DNA of 64,000 nucleotides from assembly GCA_963810095.1 (NCBI GenBank), contig CAWEMM010000013.1:32001-96000 (forward strand), in the 5' to 3' direction. The notes under the pieces were generated by a model. The model was given only the letters and a program-made list of their open reading frames with translations. It was not told the origin of the DNA and ran no database searches. Below are positions 20,831 to 31,996 of the stretch, in pieces (the stretch's first letter is position 1; each line of letters opens with the position of its first letter). The position numbers were made by a program, and so were the translations under genes. The stretch is from an uncultured Chloroflexia bacterium (lineage in GTDB: Bacteria; Chloroflexota; Anaerolineae; CG2-30-64-16).

Positions 20831-22830
20831 GTGATGGAGAAGACAGTGGTGGCGTTGTTCGATAACCTCGACGGCGCGCAGGGAGCGGTGCAGCAGCTGC
20901 TCGAGGCGGGTTTCAGCCGGGACGACATCAGTGTGGTCCGCACAAATCAACAGGGTGACTACACGAGCGGCAACGTGGTCGAGGCCAGCGAGCACGATGC
21001 CAGCGGTGCCGCTGCCGGCGCCGGCATCGGAGCCGTTCTCGGCGGTCTTGCGGGCCTCCTCGTCGGGTTGGGTGCCCTGGCGATCCCCGGCATTGGTCCC
21101 GTGATTGCGGCCGGTCCGATCGCAACCACGCTCGCAGGCGCAGGTCTGGGCGCAGCGACCGGCGGCCTGGTCGGGGCACTGGCCGATGCGGGCGTGCCCG
21201 AACCCGACGCAGGCGCGTATGCGGAAGGCGTGCGCCGCGGCGGAACACTCGTGACGGTGCGTGCGGGCGAAGAGAGGGTGTCGCAGGCTACCGAGGTGCT
21301 GAATCGCTTCAGCCCGGTGGACATTAACCAGCGAACCGGCGAATGGGAGACTTCGGGCTATAGCGGGCATGCCGCGAGCGCCGGACCTTACAGCACGTCG
21401 AGCGGCGCGCCACATACCCACCAGGCCGAGGAGATGGCGCAGGAAAAGCCGAGCCCCATCGACCCCAGCCAGAGTCCCGACTACCGGGCGCAGACGGGCT
21501 ACACGGGTGAGAACAGCGGCGGCTCGGCGGAAGGCGCGGGCACGTTGGGCTACACCGGCGCAGGCACGACCTACCAGGGCACGGGCACGTTCACCAGTAA
21601 CACCGAGCCGTCCGGATCGGACTCGGGCACGGTGTACGGCGGCGGCGATAGCTATACGAACGATATGGACAAGCCAAACCCCTCGGACAAGACGGAGTCG
21701 CCGGATCGGGTCGGCAGCAGCAACTGGGCCGACGAAGACAGCGTGATGCGGAGCGGGCACGGTGAGATGAGCACCAGCACCGGTTTCTCGGGCCAGGGCG
21801 GCGGCACTTACGAGGCGCCCGGGGACGCCGGGCGAAAGCAGGATGCCGATCCGACTGTGCACCCGCGATCGAGCGAGGGCGACTACCAGGCGCGCCGCGA
21901 CTTCGCCCGCGGCAGCCAGACCGAGCAAGAGAACCAGGGCCAGGGCGGCATGATCGAAACTGGCCGCGGGACGTACGGCAGCCAGGGGCAGAACTTCGAG
22001 CCGTCGCGAGGGTTGTCTGAGGGCCTGGTTGCGCCCGGCGCAGGCGGGTCAAGCGGCGACGACATGGGCACGACAGGCGTAACCTTCCGCAGCGGGCCGG
22101 CCGCCGGTCAACCCGCCGGCATCGATGACTTCGACAGCGATTTCCGCAGCCACTACGAGCGCAACTACCGGGGCAGCGCCGGCGTCGAATACGGCTACGA
22201 ACGCTACCGGCCGGCCTACCAATACGGTGGGCAGTTGGGCCAACAGTACCAGGGCCAGGCGTGGAACGACTTTGAGTCCAGCGCCCGGACCGATTGGGAA
22301 CGCAGCCACCCCAACGACGCGTGGCAGGACTTCCGAGCCGCGATCTACGAGGGCTGGGAGCGCTTCAGGGGGGCGTGCAGGATGCAGGGCAGGACCTGCA
22401 GCATGGCTCGCAGGGCGCCGAGCAGCCGTACAAGGGCATCGAGCAGGGAGCGCAGCCTCGCCAGGTCGCGGACCAGGATGCCCGGACCTGGAGCCAGGAC
22501 GCGCGCGACAGCCTCGAGCAGACCTACGATCGGACCATGGGCGAAATGAGCCGCGGCTTCGACACCTATGACAGCGACTTCCGCAGCGACTGGGACCGCT
22601 CGTTCCGCTCGACGGGTTATAGCTACGAACGTTACCAGCCGGCCTACCAGTACGGCTACAACCTGGCGACCGATGCCAAGTACCGCGACCGGAACTGGAG
22701 CGACCTGGAATCCGACGCCCGGCGTGACTGGGAAACGCGGCACCCGAACGATGCGTGGGAAGATTTCAAGGATGCAGTCCAGCACGCGTGGGACCAGGTG
22801 CGCGGCGGCATTGAGGGCGCCCTGGACTGA
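20831..22830 (+). CDS. General stress protein, paralog of 646..1959 with a long G/S/T-rich linker; frameshift in a G-run near 22370
   Basis: Same N-terminal domain and two C-terminal 'DFRS..YERY.PAYQYG' repeats; the second repeat is in ORF 22294..22830. Confidence 0.8.
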
Positions 22831-22841
22831 GTTTACAGTTC

Positions 22842-22900
22842 GCAAACACCAAGGCAGCAAGACACGAGGCGAAAGCTTCGTGTCTTGAGCCCTCGTGTTA
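22842..22900. repeat. Palindromic element with ~9-nt periodicity (family C)
   Basis: ACACCAAGGCAGCAAGACACGAGG-cgaaag-CTTCGTGTCTTGAGCCCTCGTGT. Confidence 0.5.
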
Positions 22901-22925
22901 ACCCGTCTCACTCGAGGCTTCACCC

Positions 22926-24566
22926 ATGACCGCTCCATTACAGGTTTCACGTGCCGAGATCCGCCGGACCGCTCAGCAAGGGCTGGGCTTTGATCACCTG
23001 CGACCGGGCCAACAGCCGGTTATCGAGGCCGTGCTGGCCGGGCGGGACACCCTCGCAGTCATGCCCACGGGGTCCGGCAAGTCTGCGATCTATCAGATTG
23101 CAGGGGCGCTGATCCCGGGTGCGACGCTGGTGGTATCGCCCTTGATCGCGCTGCAGAAGGACCAGCTCGACGCGCTGGCACAGGGCGACGTGGGCGAAGC
23201 GGCCGCGTTGAACTCGGTCATTGGGAATTCGGAGCGCGAAGAGGCCCTGGCCGACATGGAGGATGACCGGCTGGAGTTCATCTTCATGGCGCCGGAGCAG
23301 TTCAGTAATGAAGAAACCCTGCGGCGCCTGGAGCAAAACCCGCCGTCCCTCTTCGTCGTCGACGAGGCGCACTGCATCAGCGAGTGGGGCCATGACTTCC
23401 GGCCCGACTACATGAAGCTGGGCGCGGTGATCGAGCGTTTGGGCCACCCGACGGTCCTGGCCTTGACTGCGACGGCTGCCCCGCCCGTGCGGCGCGAGAT
23501 CATCGAGCGGTTGGGCATGCATGAGGCACGGATCGTCGTGCGGGGATTCGACCGGCCGAATATCTGGCTGGGCGTCGCCACCGTGCAGGATGAGAGTGCG
23601 AAGGAGAAGGCGCTCATCAAGCGGGTGGTGGCGGCCGAGAAGCCGGGCATCGTCTACGTGGCGACCCGCAAACACGCGTCCGAGGTAGCGGCCAAGCTGG
23701 GCGAGGTCGGGGTGCGGTCGGAGTTCTACCATGCCGGCCTGAGCCCCAAGGAACGCGAGCGCGTTCATGACGCATTCATGGCGGATGAGATCGAGGTGAT
23801 CATCGCGACGATCGCGTTCGGCATGGGGGTGGACAAGCCAAACGTGCGCTTCGTGTTCCACTATGACATCAGCGAATCGGTCGATTCCTACTACCAGGAG
23901 ATCGGCCGGGCTGGGCGCGACGGACTTCCGGCCCAAGCACTGCTGTTTTACTGTCCCAACGACCTGGGTTTGCGCCGTTTCTTCGCCTCCAGCGGGGTAA
24001 TCGACGAGGAGCAGGTTCGCCGGGTCTACGACTTCATTCTGCTTAACAACGGAAGGGCGACGCAGGAGGAGCTCGCGGACAGCGTTGCGCTCTCCAAAGC
24101 GAAACAGTTGGCCGTCCTCAATCGTTTAGTTGACGCAGGGGCGCTGGATAGGCTGCCGGACGGTGCGTACGAGGCGACGAACAGTGCCGAGACGAAGATC
24201 GAGCAGTTGCTGGCCGAGGCAGTCGGCGCGCAGGAGCGACGCCGCGAGTACGACCGGTCGCGCGTCGACATGATCCGCAGCTATGCGGAGATGAGTGGGT
24301 GCCGGCGCCAGCATTTGCTCGCCTATTTCGGCGAGGAACTGCCCGAGCCGTGCGGCAACTGCGACAACTGCGCGAGTGGCATTGCGAAGTCGAGCGATGC
24401 GAGCCAGCCGTTTGCGACGGGCAGCCGGGTGCAGCACAGGCGCTGGGGGCCCGGCCAGGTCCTGCAGTACGAGGGCGAGAACGTCGTCGTGTTATTCGAT
24501 AGCGTGGGCTATAAGACTTTATCCGTTTCATTGGTGATGGAGCAGGGCTTATTAGCTCAGGCGTAA
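22926..24566 (+). CDS. recQ: RecQ-family ATP-dependent DNA helicase
   Basis: 'MPTGSGKS', 'VDEAHCISEWGHDFRPDY', 'ALTATA', 'QEIGRAGRDG', Zn site 'CRR...CGNCDNC'. Confidence 0.93.
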   Translation: MTAPLQVSRAEIRRTAQQGLGFDHLRPGQQPVIEAVLAGRDTLAVMPTGSGKSAIYQIAGALIPGATLVVSPLIALQKDQLDALAQGDVGEAAALNSVIGNSEREEALADMEDDRLEFIFMAPEQFSNEETLRRLEQNPPSLFVVDEAHCISEWGHDFRPDYMKLGAVIERLGHPTVLALTATAAPPVRREIIERLGMHEARIVVRGFDRPNIWLGVATVQDESAKEKALIKRVVAAEKPGIVYVATRKHASEVAAKLGEVGVRSEFYHAGLSPKERERVHDAFMADEIEVIIATIAFGMGVDKPNVRFVFHYDISESVDSYYQEIGRAGRDGLPAQALLFYCPNDLGLRRFFASSGVIDEEQVRRVYDFILLNNGRATQEELADSVALSKAKQLAVLNRLVDAGALDRLPDGAYEATNSAETKIEQLLAEAVGAQERRREYDRSRVDMIRSYAEMSGCRRQHLLAYFGEELPEPCGNCDNCASGIAKSSDASQPFATGSRVQHRRWGPGQVLQYEGENVVVLFDSVGYKTLSVSLVMEQGLLAQA

Positions 24567-24613
24567 GCCGGGCGAGCCAAAGCCCGTGAGCGAAAAGGTA
24601 GGGGGGCGCCGCG

Positions 24614-24988
24614 GTGGAGACATGGGAAATCTGGTATCCCGAAGGTGCGGCAGCGGGTGTTCCGTTCTTGCGCAGCAAGATCGATCCCGCCCAGGCTGTG
24701 TTGGTCCATTCGGCGCCGCCCACTCTTGAGGTGATCGTGACCGGCGCCGACGGTGTGCGGTTGGCGAAGGGCGAGAACCTCGAGCGAACGATGGAGAGCC
24801 CCATGTGCCTGCTCGTGCGCGACGGCGAGCAGATCGTGCGGCGGGATCTTTGGCCTGGCGAGTCTCACGTGGGTGCAGTGATTCTGCTGCCCGGCGGCGA
24901 GGCGGGCCGGCTGGTGGAATGGTGGCATGCGCCCGATCAGTCAGAGTGGCGCTGGCGGGTGGAGTTTTATAACAAGCGGTCTTCATAG
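24614..24988 (+). CDS. Hypothetical protein
   Basis: GTG start after a G-rich RBS, co-oriented in the operon; Trp-rich 'ILLPGGEAGRLVEWWHA..SEWRWRVEF'. Confidence 0.6.
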   Translation: METWEIWYPEGAAAGVPFLRSKIDPAQAVLVHSAPPTLEVIVTGADGVRLAKGENLERTMESPMCLLVRDGEQIVRRDLWPGESHVGAVILLPGGEAGRLVEWWHAPDQSEWRWRVEFYNKRSS

Positions 24989-25061
24989 CAATCATGAGCG
25001 AAGTGGGTGGTCCCGCCCCAGCAGCGGTGGGGCCTGTTGGTTTGACTAAAGGAGTAAGACG

Positions 25062-26133
25062 ATGGGAATAAGAGGTTTCTTTACGACGCTCGGGCTGGGG
25101 CTCGGAGCAATGTATTTCATGGACCCGGAACGTGGTGAGGAGCGCCGAAACGAGGTTCGCAACCAGGTCATGCAGCTCCGCGATCAGGCGCAGACTGTGT
25201 GGAACGAAGGGAGCGACGACCTCGCGAACCGGGCGAAGACCTTGCGCAACAAGGCGGGCCAGGCGCCGTCCGACGTCATGCAGGCCGGCAAGGATGCGAT
25301 GAGCCAGGGCCGGCGGGGCATGAGTCTGCGCCTCGACATGGAGCGGCCCGGAGACCGCTTGCTAACGATGAGCGGCGGCGGCCTGCTGGCGCTGTACGGC
25401 CTGGTGCGCGGCGGCATCCTTGGGAAGGCCGCGCTGCTTGCAGGCGCGAACTACGTTGCCAAGGGGCTCACACAGAAGGACATGCTGGGCGACGCAGTGA
25501 GCAAGATGCGCGCCAGCCGCAGCACGGGCGGCGGGATTGAGTTCCGCAAGGCCGTTCGCATCAATGCGCCCGTGGAGGATGTCTTCACGTTCTGGCAGAA
25601 CTACGACAACTTCCCGCGCTTCATGTCGCATCTCAAAGAGGTGCACGACCTGGGCGAAGGCCGGTCACACTGGGTTGCCAACGGCCCCGCCGACCTGCCG
25701 GTTGAGTGGGATGCGCTCATTACCGAGCTTCGCCCCGAACCGGGTGATTGCCTGGGAAAGCGTGCCGGGTTCGGACGTGTACAACGCCGGACGCGTGCGC
25801 TTCGAGTCGGTCGACGGCGCAACGCGCATCGACGTGTTCATGACTTACAACCCGCCCGGGGGCGTCGCGGGCCATGCCATCGCCGCGCTCTTCGGAGCCG
25901 ATCCGAACACGGCAATGGACGACGACCTCCTGAAGCTCAAGTCGCTGCTCGAGCAGGGCGGCACTGAAACCATGAGGCCCGGCCGGTCCTATCGCCGCAC
26001 AAAAGGCGACGGCGGCATGGGCTCGATGGAGGATGAGATCAGCGGGGGCAGCGCCGCCGCGGGCTTCAACGGCGGCGAGAACGCACCCTCGCGGCGGAAG
26101 CCGGGAAGCGACGTGCCGGGCGCCGGCAGTTGA
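25062..26133 (+). CDS. SRPBCC (polyketide cyclase/START-like) protein with a YtxH-like N-terminus; frameshift near 25735
   Basis: 'GAMYFMDPERGEERR'; 'NFPRFMSHLKEV..GRSHWV...VEWDA' continuing as 'NRVIAWES...GRVRF..YNPPGG'. Confidence 0.82.
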
Positions 26134-26263
26134 GGCGCCCCTCAGCCGCGGCCGTCTGCGAAGACACGAACGGCGGAAACGAATGGGCGCAAGAGCGCCT
26201 TCGGTCCGTCCGTTCGCAGGATTCGTGGATGGCCGCGCTTCGCAAGTCGAAGGCAGCACGACC

Positions 26264-27433
26264 TTGACCGCAAACATTGCAGCGGAGCCCAACCCGCACA
26301 ACGGCGACGAAGTCCTCGGCCAGCATGCCAGCGTGGCCGAAGGCGGCGCGGTCATCGTTCCGGGCCTTGTCTACAGCAGCGATACGTTGCCCGGCATCCG
26401 CCGGCGGCGCTGCGGCAAGGGCTGGTGCTACATTGGACCGGATGGAAAGCACATTAAGGAGGCTGAGACGCTGGCCCGCATTCGCGCCCTCGCGATTCCG
26501 CCGGCATGGTCTGAGGTCTGGATTTGTGCGGACCCTAACGGCCACATTCAGGCGACCGGCCGCGACGCAAAGGGCCGGAAACAGTATCGCTATCACCCCA
26601 GCTGGAGCGAGCATCGCAGCAATGCGAAGTTCGGGCGCGTCATCGCTTTCAGTCAGGCTCTTCCACACATTCGCGAGCAGGTCGAGAAGGACCTGCGCCG
26701 CCACGGCCTGCCACAGGAGAAAGTCGTTGCCGCAGTCGTGCGCCTCCTCGAAACGACCTACATCCGTATCGGGAACAAGGAATACGCGCGCCAGAATAAA
26801 TCGTTCGGCCTGACCACCTTGCGTGATCGCCACGTGGACGTCGCGGGCACGACTCTGCGCTTCAAATTTGTGGGCAAGAGCGGCCAGAAGCACGCGATCG
26901 AACTGCACGACCGGCGGATGGCGCGGATCGTCAAGATGTGCCGGGACCTGCCCGGGTACGACCTGTTTCAGTACATCGACGACGAGGGCGTGCGCCAGAC
27001 GGTCGATTCAGGAGCGGTCAACGCCTACCTGCGCTCGATTGCCGGCGAAGACTTCAGCGCGAAGGACTTTCGCACTTGGGGCGGAACGCTGCTCGCCGCA
27101 CGTGAGTTGCGCCAGATGACACCGCCGACATCCCAGCGCGAGGTGAAGCGCACGACGAACCAGGTGATCCAGCGGGTAGCCAGCATGCTGGGGAACCGGC
27201 CGGCAACCTGCCGTAAGTACTACGTCCACCCCGCGATCCTGGAAGCATACGCCGACGGCACGCTGTTTGAGGCTGTGGCGCAGGTGCGAAAGGAGGGGTA
27301 CGAGGACGCTCCGCACGATTTGGACCTGGAGGAGGCCGCGCTGCTGGAACTGCTGGAACGCAAGCAGGCGCAGGGCTACGCCGCCGATCCGCAGGCGCCG
27401 GATCCCGTGCCCGAGGACTGTGAAGAGTCTTGA
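26264..27433 (+). CDS. Bacterial DNA topoisomerase IB (start uncertain; ATG at 26183 also possible)
   Basis: 'AIPPAWSEVWIC..NGHIQATGRDAKGRKQYRYH', 'RIGN', 'FVGKSG', 'KDFRTW', 'LGNRPATCRKYYVHP' (catalytic Tyr). Confidence 0.92.
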   Translation: MTANIAAEPNPHNGDEVLGQHASVAEGGAVIVPGLVYSSDTLPGIRRRRCGKGWCYIGPDGKHIKEAETLARIRALAIPPAWSEVWICADPNGHIQATGRDAKGRKQYRYHPSWSEHRSNAKFGRVIAFSQALPHIREQVEKDLRRHGLPQEKVVAAVVRLLETTYIRIGNKEYARQNKSFGLTTLRDRHVDVAGTTLRFKFVGKSGQKHAIELHDRRMARIVKMCRDLPGYDLFQYIDDEGVRQTVDSGAVNAYLRSIAGEDFSAKDFRTWGGTLLAARELRQMTPPTSQREVKRTTNQVIQRVASMLGNRPATCRKYYVHPAILEAYADGTLFEAVAQVRKEGYEDAPHDLDLEEAALLELLERKQAQGYAADPQAPDPVPEDCEES

Positions 27434-27566
27434 TGCCGCAATCGGCCCTAAACAGAAGAATCAAAGAAAGGAAGGTCCGCGTAGGAACCTTCGAGCTGCT
27501 TTGGTTCTTGCTTTCTTTCTGTACACCCGGTCTCTCGCAATGGGCTAAACTGGAAGGAGTAGGCAA

Positions 27567-28448
27567 GTGAACTGGACGCTGCTCGTTAACCGGATCTCCG
27601 AGCAACCTTGGCTTGACAGCGGCGCGGATGCCGTGAAGGGCGCGGTGCATAAGTTCTACGAAGGACTGGGATCGGCCTCGGTCCCCGTCCGCAACTTCCT
27701 GCATGGCGTCTGGCTGGGCCACCCGCTGCACCCAGTCATCACGGACATCGTGGTTGGGGCGTACACTGCTACCGCCGTCCTCGACGTGGCCGAGGCGATC
27801 GGCGGCGAGAAGCAGATTGCACCTGCGAACGACATCGTGCTCGCCACCGGCATCGCAAGTGGCTTGAGCGCGGCCGCGGCCGGGATCACCGATTGGCATG
27901 TGCTGAAGGGCACGCCGAAGCGGATCGGCTTCCTGCACATGCTGTTGAATCTGTCTGCCACCGTCCTGTACATCTTCTCATTCATCGCGCGGAAGTCGGG
28001 CAATCGCGGGCTGGGCCGCGCCCTGGGCTGGACCGCGTACGGCACGATCTTTGGCGGCGCGTACCTGGGGGGACACCTGGTGTTCGTCAACAACATCGGC
28101 GTGGACCATGCGGCCGAATGGGAACAGACCGACGAGTACCGCCAGGTGATGCCCGAGGCCGATTTGGCGCAGGGCGAGCTGCGCAAGGTGATGCTGAACG
28201 AGACTCCGGTCGTCTTGATTCGCCATGGGCGGGTAATCACCGCCATGTCTGACAGCTGCGCGCACGAAGGGTGTTCCCTGGCGGAGAGGGGCGAACTCGA
28301 CGACGACACGATCCGCTGCACGTGCCACGGCTCGTGCTACCGGCTGGCCGACGGCCAGGTGCTCGAGGGTCCCTCGGCCCATCCCCAGCCTGTCTACGAC
28401 GTGCGCGTGCGAGGCGGCCAGATCGAAGTGCGCCAGCCGAGCGAGTAG
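27567..28448 (+). CDS. DUF2231 membrane domain + Rieske [2Fe-2S] protein
   Basis: 'LHGVWLGHPLHP', 'GGHLV'; Rieske motif 'CAH...CTCHGS'. Confidence 0.87.
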   Translation: MNWTLLVNRISEQPWLDSGADAVKGAVHKFYEGLGSASVPVRNFLHGVWLGHPLHPVITDIVVGAYTATAVLDVAEAIGGEKQIAPANDIVLATGIASGLSAAAAGITDWHVLKGTPKRIGFLHMLLNLSATVLYIFSFIARKSGNRGLGRALGWTAYGTIFGGAYLGGHLVFVNNIGVDHAAEWEQTDEYRQVMPEADLAQGELRKVMLNETPVVLIRHGRVITAMSDSCAHEGCSLAERGELDDDTIRCTCHGSCYRLADGQVLEGPSAHPQPVYDVRVRGGQIEVRQPSE

Positions 28449-28462
28449 GACTCAAAGGGCCG

Positions 28463-28561
28463 GAACGGGACGCAGATTAAACTGATGGAACTGATCGACA
28501 TGATCCTTTTGCAGGAAGATCAATCCGGATCAGTCAGATCAGTTCAATCTGCGTCCTATCC
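28463..28561. repeat. 9-nt-periodic palindromic element, family A, copy 3
   Basis: GGGACGCAGATTAAACTGATGGAACTGATC...GATCAGTCAGATCAGTTCAATCTGCGTCCTATCC. Confidence 0.78.
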
Positions 28562-28599
28562 CTGATCACCCGACGGGAAGTACTGGACGAAGGGAAGTA

Positions 28600-29651
28600 T
28601 TGATGAAGTTATTGCCGGTTAGTCAGCAGGTTGTCGTCCTGTTCGGCGCATCGAGCGGGATCGGGCGGGAGACCGCGCTGCAGTTTGGGGCCCGCGGGGC
28701 AAAGGTTGTCGTTGCCGCTCGGCGGAAGGACGCACTGGAGTCGCTCGCCGAGGAGATCCGCCTGGCAGGAGGCGTCTGCCTACCTGTTGTGGCCGAAGCG
28801 ACGGACTTTGCGCAGGTCAAGGCGGTTGCCGAAAATGCCGCGAAGCATTTCGGCCGCATCGACACGTGGGTGCAGTTGGCCGCAGTGTCGCTCTATGCGC
28901 CCTTCGAGCAGCACGAACCCGAGGAGTTCCACCGGATTATCGACGTGAACCTGGTCGGCGCGGCCTATGCGGCGCGGGCCGCACTCCCGCACCTCAAGGC
29001 TTCGGGCGGCGGCGCCTTGATCATGGTCACGTCCATCGAGTCGGTGCAGGCAATCCCGTTCCATGCCGCCTATGCCGCCTCCAAGCACGGGTTACGGGCG
29101 ATGGCCGAGGTTATCCGCATGGAGCTGGCGGCCGAGGGCGCACCCGTGAGCGTCACCAATGTCATGCCCGCATCGATCGACACGCCGTTCTTCGAGGTGG
29201 CCAAGACAAAACTCGGCGTCAAGCCGCGCGGCGTGCCTCCGGTCTATGAACCCGACGTGGTGGCGCGCACGATCCTGTTTGCGGCGGAGCACCCTTCCGC
29301 GACCTGGCTGCGGGCGGAGCGGGCAAGAGCTTCATCTGGCTCAAACGTTTGTCGCCTTCGGCCGCAGACCGCTTGATGGCGTGGGCCGGGTTCACGATGC
29401 AGAAGACAGACGAGCAGAAGGGTCCGGACGCGCCGAACAACCTGTTCGAGCCGGTCGAAGGCGGCCCGGTAGGCCCACAGGGCTCGCTGAGTAAGGAAGC
29501 GCGTTCGTGGAGCGTATACACGTGGTGGGAAACCCATCCGGTGGCGCACTGGGCCGGCCGGGTGCTGGCGGCGGCCGGGCTGGGCGCGCTGGTATTCCGG
29601 GTTTGGGGCTCGAAGACAATGCGGGGTTGGAGCGCGAAGCCGCGCAGGTGA
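28600..29651 (+). CDS. Short-chain dehydrogenase/reductase; frameshift near 29300
   Basis: 'GASSGIG', 'YAASK'; C-terminus ('PNNLFEPV', 'SVYTW') in ORF 29349..29651. Confidence 0.87.
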
Positions 29652-29857
29652 CGAAGCCGAGCGCGTAGAATCTATCCGAAAAATGCTCTGGCCGGTCTCG
29701 TACGACAACTTGGCTGGCGCCCAGGCCAGACGGGGCACGGTCAGAGACCGGCCCCAGCTAATCCTCGGATAGATACTTAGCGTTCGGGCCGCTCGCGGAC
29801 ACGGGTCGGGGTGGCGCCCTAATCTTTGCGCGAGGGGAACGAGAAGGAGTAAGTGCA

Positions 29858-30772
29858 GTGATTCGATTTCGAAAACAAGGCGAAAACGAGGGCTGGGTGA
29901 ATGTGGGCAAGACCGAACGCCAGCTGTCCGCGGTGCTGGGCGTCCTGCTGCTGGGCTCGCTGCTGTTGAAACGGGGCGAGGGTGTGTGGCGGTGGGTCCG
30001 CCTTGCGTTGGGCCTGGTCATGGTGGAACGGGCGGCGACCGGCTTCTGCACCCCCTATAAGCTGCTTGGCATTACCAGTGTCGAGCCCGAGGAGGGCCGG
30101 GTGGTGAGCCTGCCGCTGAAGCGCGGCATCGAGATCGAGCGCTCGGTGACCGTGAACAAGCCCCGTGACGAGGTGTACGCCTTCTGGCGCGACCTCGCCA
30201 ACCTGCCTCGTTTCATGCGCCATCTGGAGTCGGTGACCGAGGCGGGCGCGCGCTCGCACTGGGTGGCCAAGGCGCCGCTGCAGGTGGAATGGGACGCCGA
30301 GATCACCGCAGAACGTCCGGGTGAGCTGATCGGGTGGCGGTCGATCGAGGGGTCGACGGTGCGTAATGCGGGCAGCGTGCGTTTCAAGGACGCGCCGGGC
30401 GGCAAAGGCACGGAGGTGCATGTCTACCTGGAGTATCAGCCCGTTGGCGGCCCGGCGGGGGCAGCCGCGGCCAAGCTCATCAAGCAAATCACCCTGACGC
30501 AGATCAGGATGGACATGGGCCGGTTCAAGGCCATCCTGGAAGCCGACGAGGCGCCTACGACCGAAGGTCAGACGTCCGGACGGGAGAAGCTGAAGCCGGG
30601 TGACCAGGGCGTACACCAGCAGTTTGAGCGCCGCAAGGACAAGGTAAACCTGGCCTCGGCCGAGTCCTTCCCGGCGAGCGACTCGCCCTCATGGACAGGC
30701 GGAGTGGTTGGCGCGGACGAAGAGCTGCGCGACCAGGGCAGTCTGCCCACACAGGGAGGGCTGCAAGAATGA
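29858..30772 (+). CDS. DUF2892 + SRPBCC protein with a C-terminal 'ESFPASD' motif
   Basis: 'NVGKTER', 'TGFCTPY', '[18 protein letters not shown]', '[15 protein letters not shown]'. Confidence 0.85.
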   Translation: MIRFRKQGENEGWVNVGKTERQLSAVLGVLLLGSLLLKRGEGVWRWVRLALGLVMVERAATGFCTPYKLLGITSVEPEEGRVVSLPLKRGIEIERSVTVNKPRDEVYAFWRDLANLPRFMRHLESVTEAGARSHWVAKAPLQVEWDAEITAERPGELIGWRSIEGSTVRNAGSVRFKDAPGGKGTEVHVYLEYQPVGGPAGAAAAKLIKQITLTQIRMDMGRFKAILEADEAPTTEGQTSGREKLKPGDQGVHQQFERRKDKVNLASAESFPASDSPSWTGGVVGADEELRDQGSLPTQGGLQE

Positions 30773-31941
30773 AGGCGCTTTGTTGGTGGGGGCCCGGTGT
30801 CGTCAAGGTCGAGACGGTGCCCGATCCGCAGATCATTAACCCGACGGACGCCATCATCCAAGTGACGGCGGCCGCGGTGTGCGGGTCTGACCTGCACCTG
30901 TACGACGGCTACATCCCTTCCGTCGAGAAGGGCGACGTTCTGGGACATGAGACCGTCGGCGTCGTGGTCGATGTAGGGCCCGAGGTGCACAATCTGCATC
31001 TGGGCCAGCGGGTCGTGGTGCCGTTCCCGATCTCGTGCGGCCGGTGCTGGTATTGCCAGAACGGCCTGTGGTCGCTGTGTGACAACAGCAACCCGAACGC
31101 ATGGATGGCCGAGAAGATGTGGGGTTATTCACCCGCCGGCATCTTCGGGTACTCACACATGCTCGGCGGCTATGCGGGCGGGCAGGCCCAGTATCTCCGC
31201 GTGCCCTTTGCCGACGTCGGCCCGCTGCCCCTGCCCGACACGCTGAGCTCGGAGGCCGCAGTCATGCTGGCCGACGTCTTTCCGACCGGCTACCAGGCCG
31301 CTGAGTACGCAAACATCCAGCCGGGCGACACAGTGGCAGTGTTCGGCTGCGGTCCAGTCGGCCAGTTTGCCATCCGCAGTGCTTTCATGCTCGGGGCCGA
31401 GCGGGTGATTGCGATCGATCGCATCGCCGAGCGGTTGCGGATGGCACGCGAGGGCGGGGCCGAGGCGGTGAACTACGAGAATGTGGAGATCATCGAGGCC
31501 CTGCGCGAGATGACCGGCGGCCGGGGTCCCGATTCGTGCATCGAGGCCGTGGGCATGGAGGCGCACGATATGGGATTCGAGGGCGCCGTCGACCGGGTGA
31601 AGCAGGCGGTGCGCCTCGAGACCGGCCGGCCCCACGCACTGCGAGCGGCGATTGTGTCGGTTCGCAAGGGCGGCACGGTTTCGATCCCCGGCGTGTTTGG
31701 CGGCCTGGTCGACAGCATCCCGATGGGCGCGGTGGTCAACAAAGCCCTGACCCTGCGCAGCGGGCAGACGCACGTGCATAAGTACCTGCGCCCGCTGCTG
31801 CGCCGGATCGAGGCAGGTGAGATCGATCCTGCGTTCGTCGTGACGCACCGCCTGAGCCTTGACGAGGCCCCGAAGGCCTACGACATCTTCAAGCACAAGG
31901 AAGACGAGTGCATCAAGTGCGTGCTGAGTCCGCAGATGTAA
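30769..31941 (+). CDS. Zn-dependent alcohol/formaldehyde dehydrogenase
   Basis: 'CGSDLHLY', 'GHE', 'CGRCWYC..GLWSLC', 'GCGPVG'; ATG overlaps the upstream TGA. Confidence 0.92.
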   Translation: MKALCWWGPGVVKVETVPDPQIINPTDAIIQVTAAAVCGSDLHLYDGYIPSVEKGDVLGHETVGVVVDVGPEVHNLHLGQRVVVPFPISCGRCWYCQNGLWSLCDNSNPNAWMAEKMWGYSPAGIFGYSHMLGGYAGGQAQYLRVPFADVGPLPLPDTLSSEAAVMLADVFPTGYQAAEYANIQPGDTVAVFGCGPVGQFAIRSAFMLGAERVIAIDRIAERLRMAREGGAEAVNYENVEIIEALREMTGGRGPDSCIEAVGMEAHDMGFEGAVDRVKQAVRLETGRPHALRAAIVSVRKGGTVSIPGVFGGLVDSIPMGAVVNKALTLRSGQTHVHKYLRPLLRRIEAGEIDPAFVVTHRLSLDEAPKAYDIFKHKEDECIKCVLSPQM

Positions 31942-31996
31942 CGGTGCATCACGCACGAAACCTGGTTTCTAGCACGTATAGATGAGGGAGGAAGAA

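Noticed and set aside
26264-27433. Tyrosine integrase/prophage marker
   Set aside because: The motifs match topoisomerase IB, and no phage or conjugation genes lie nearby.
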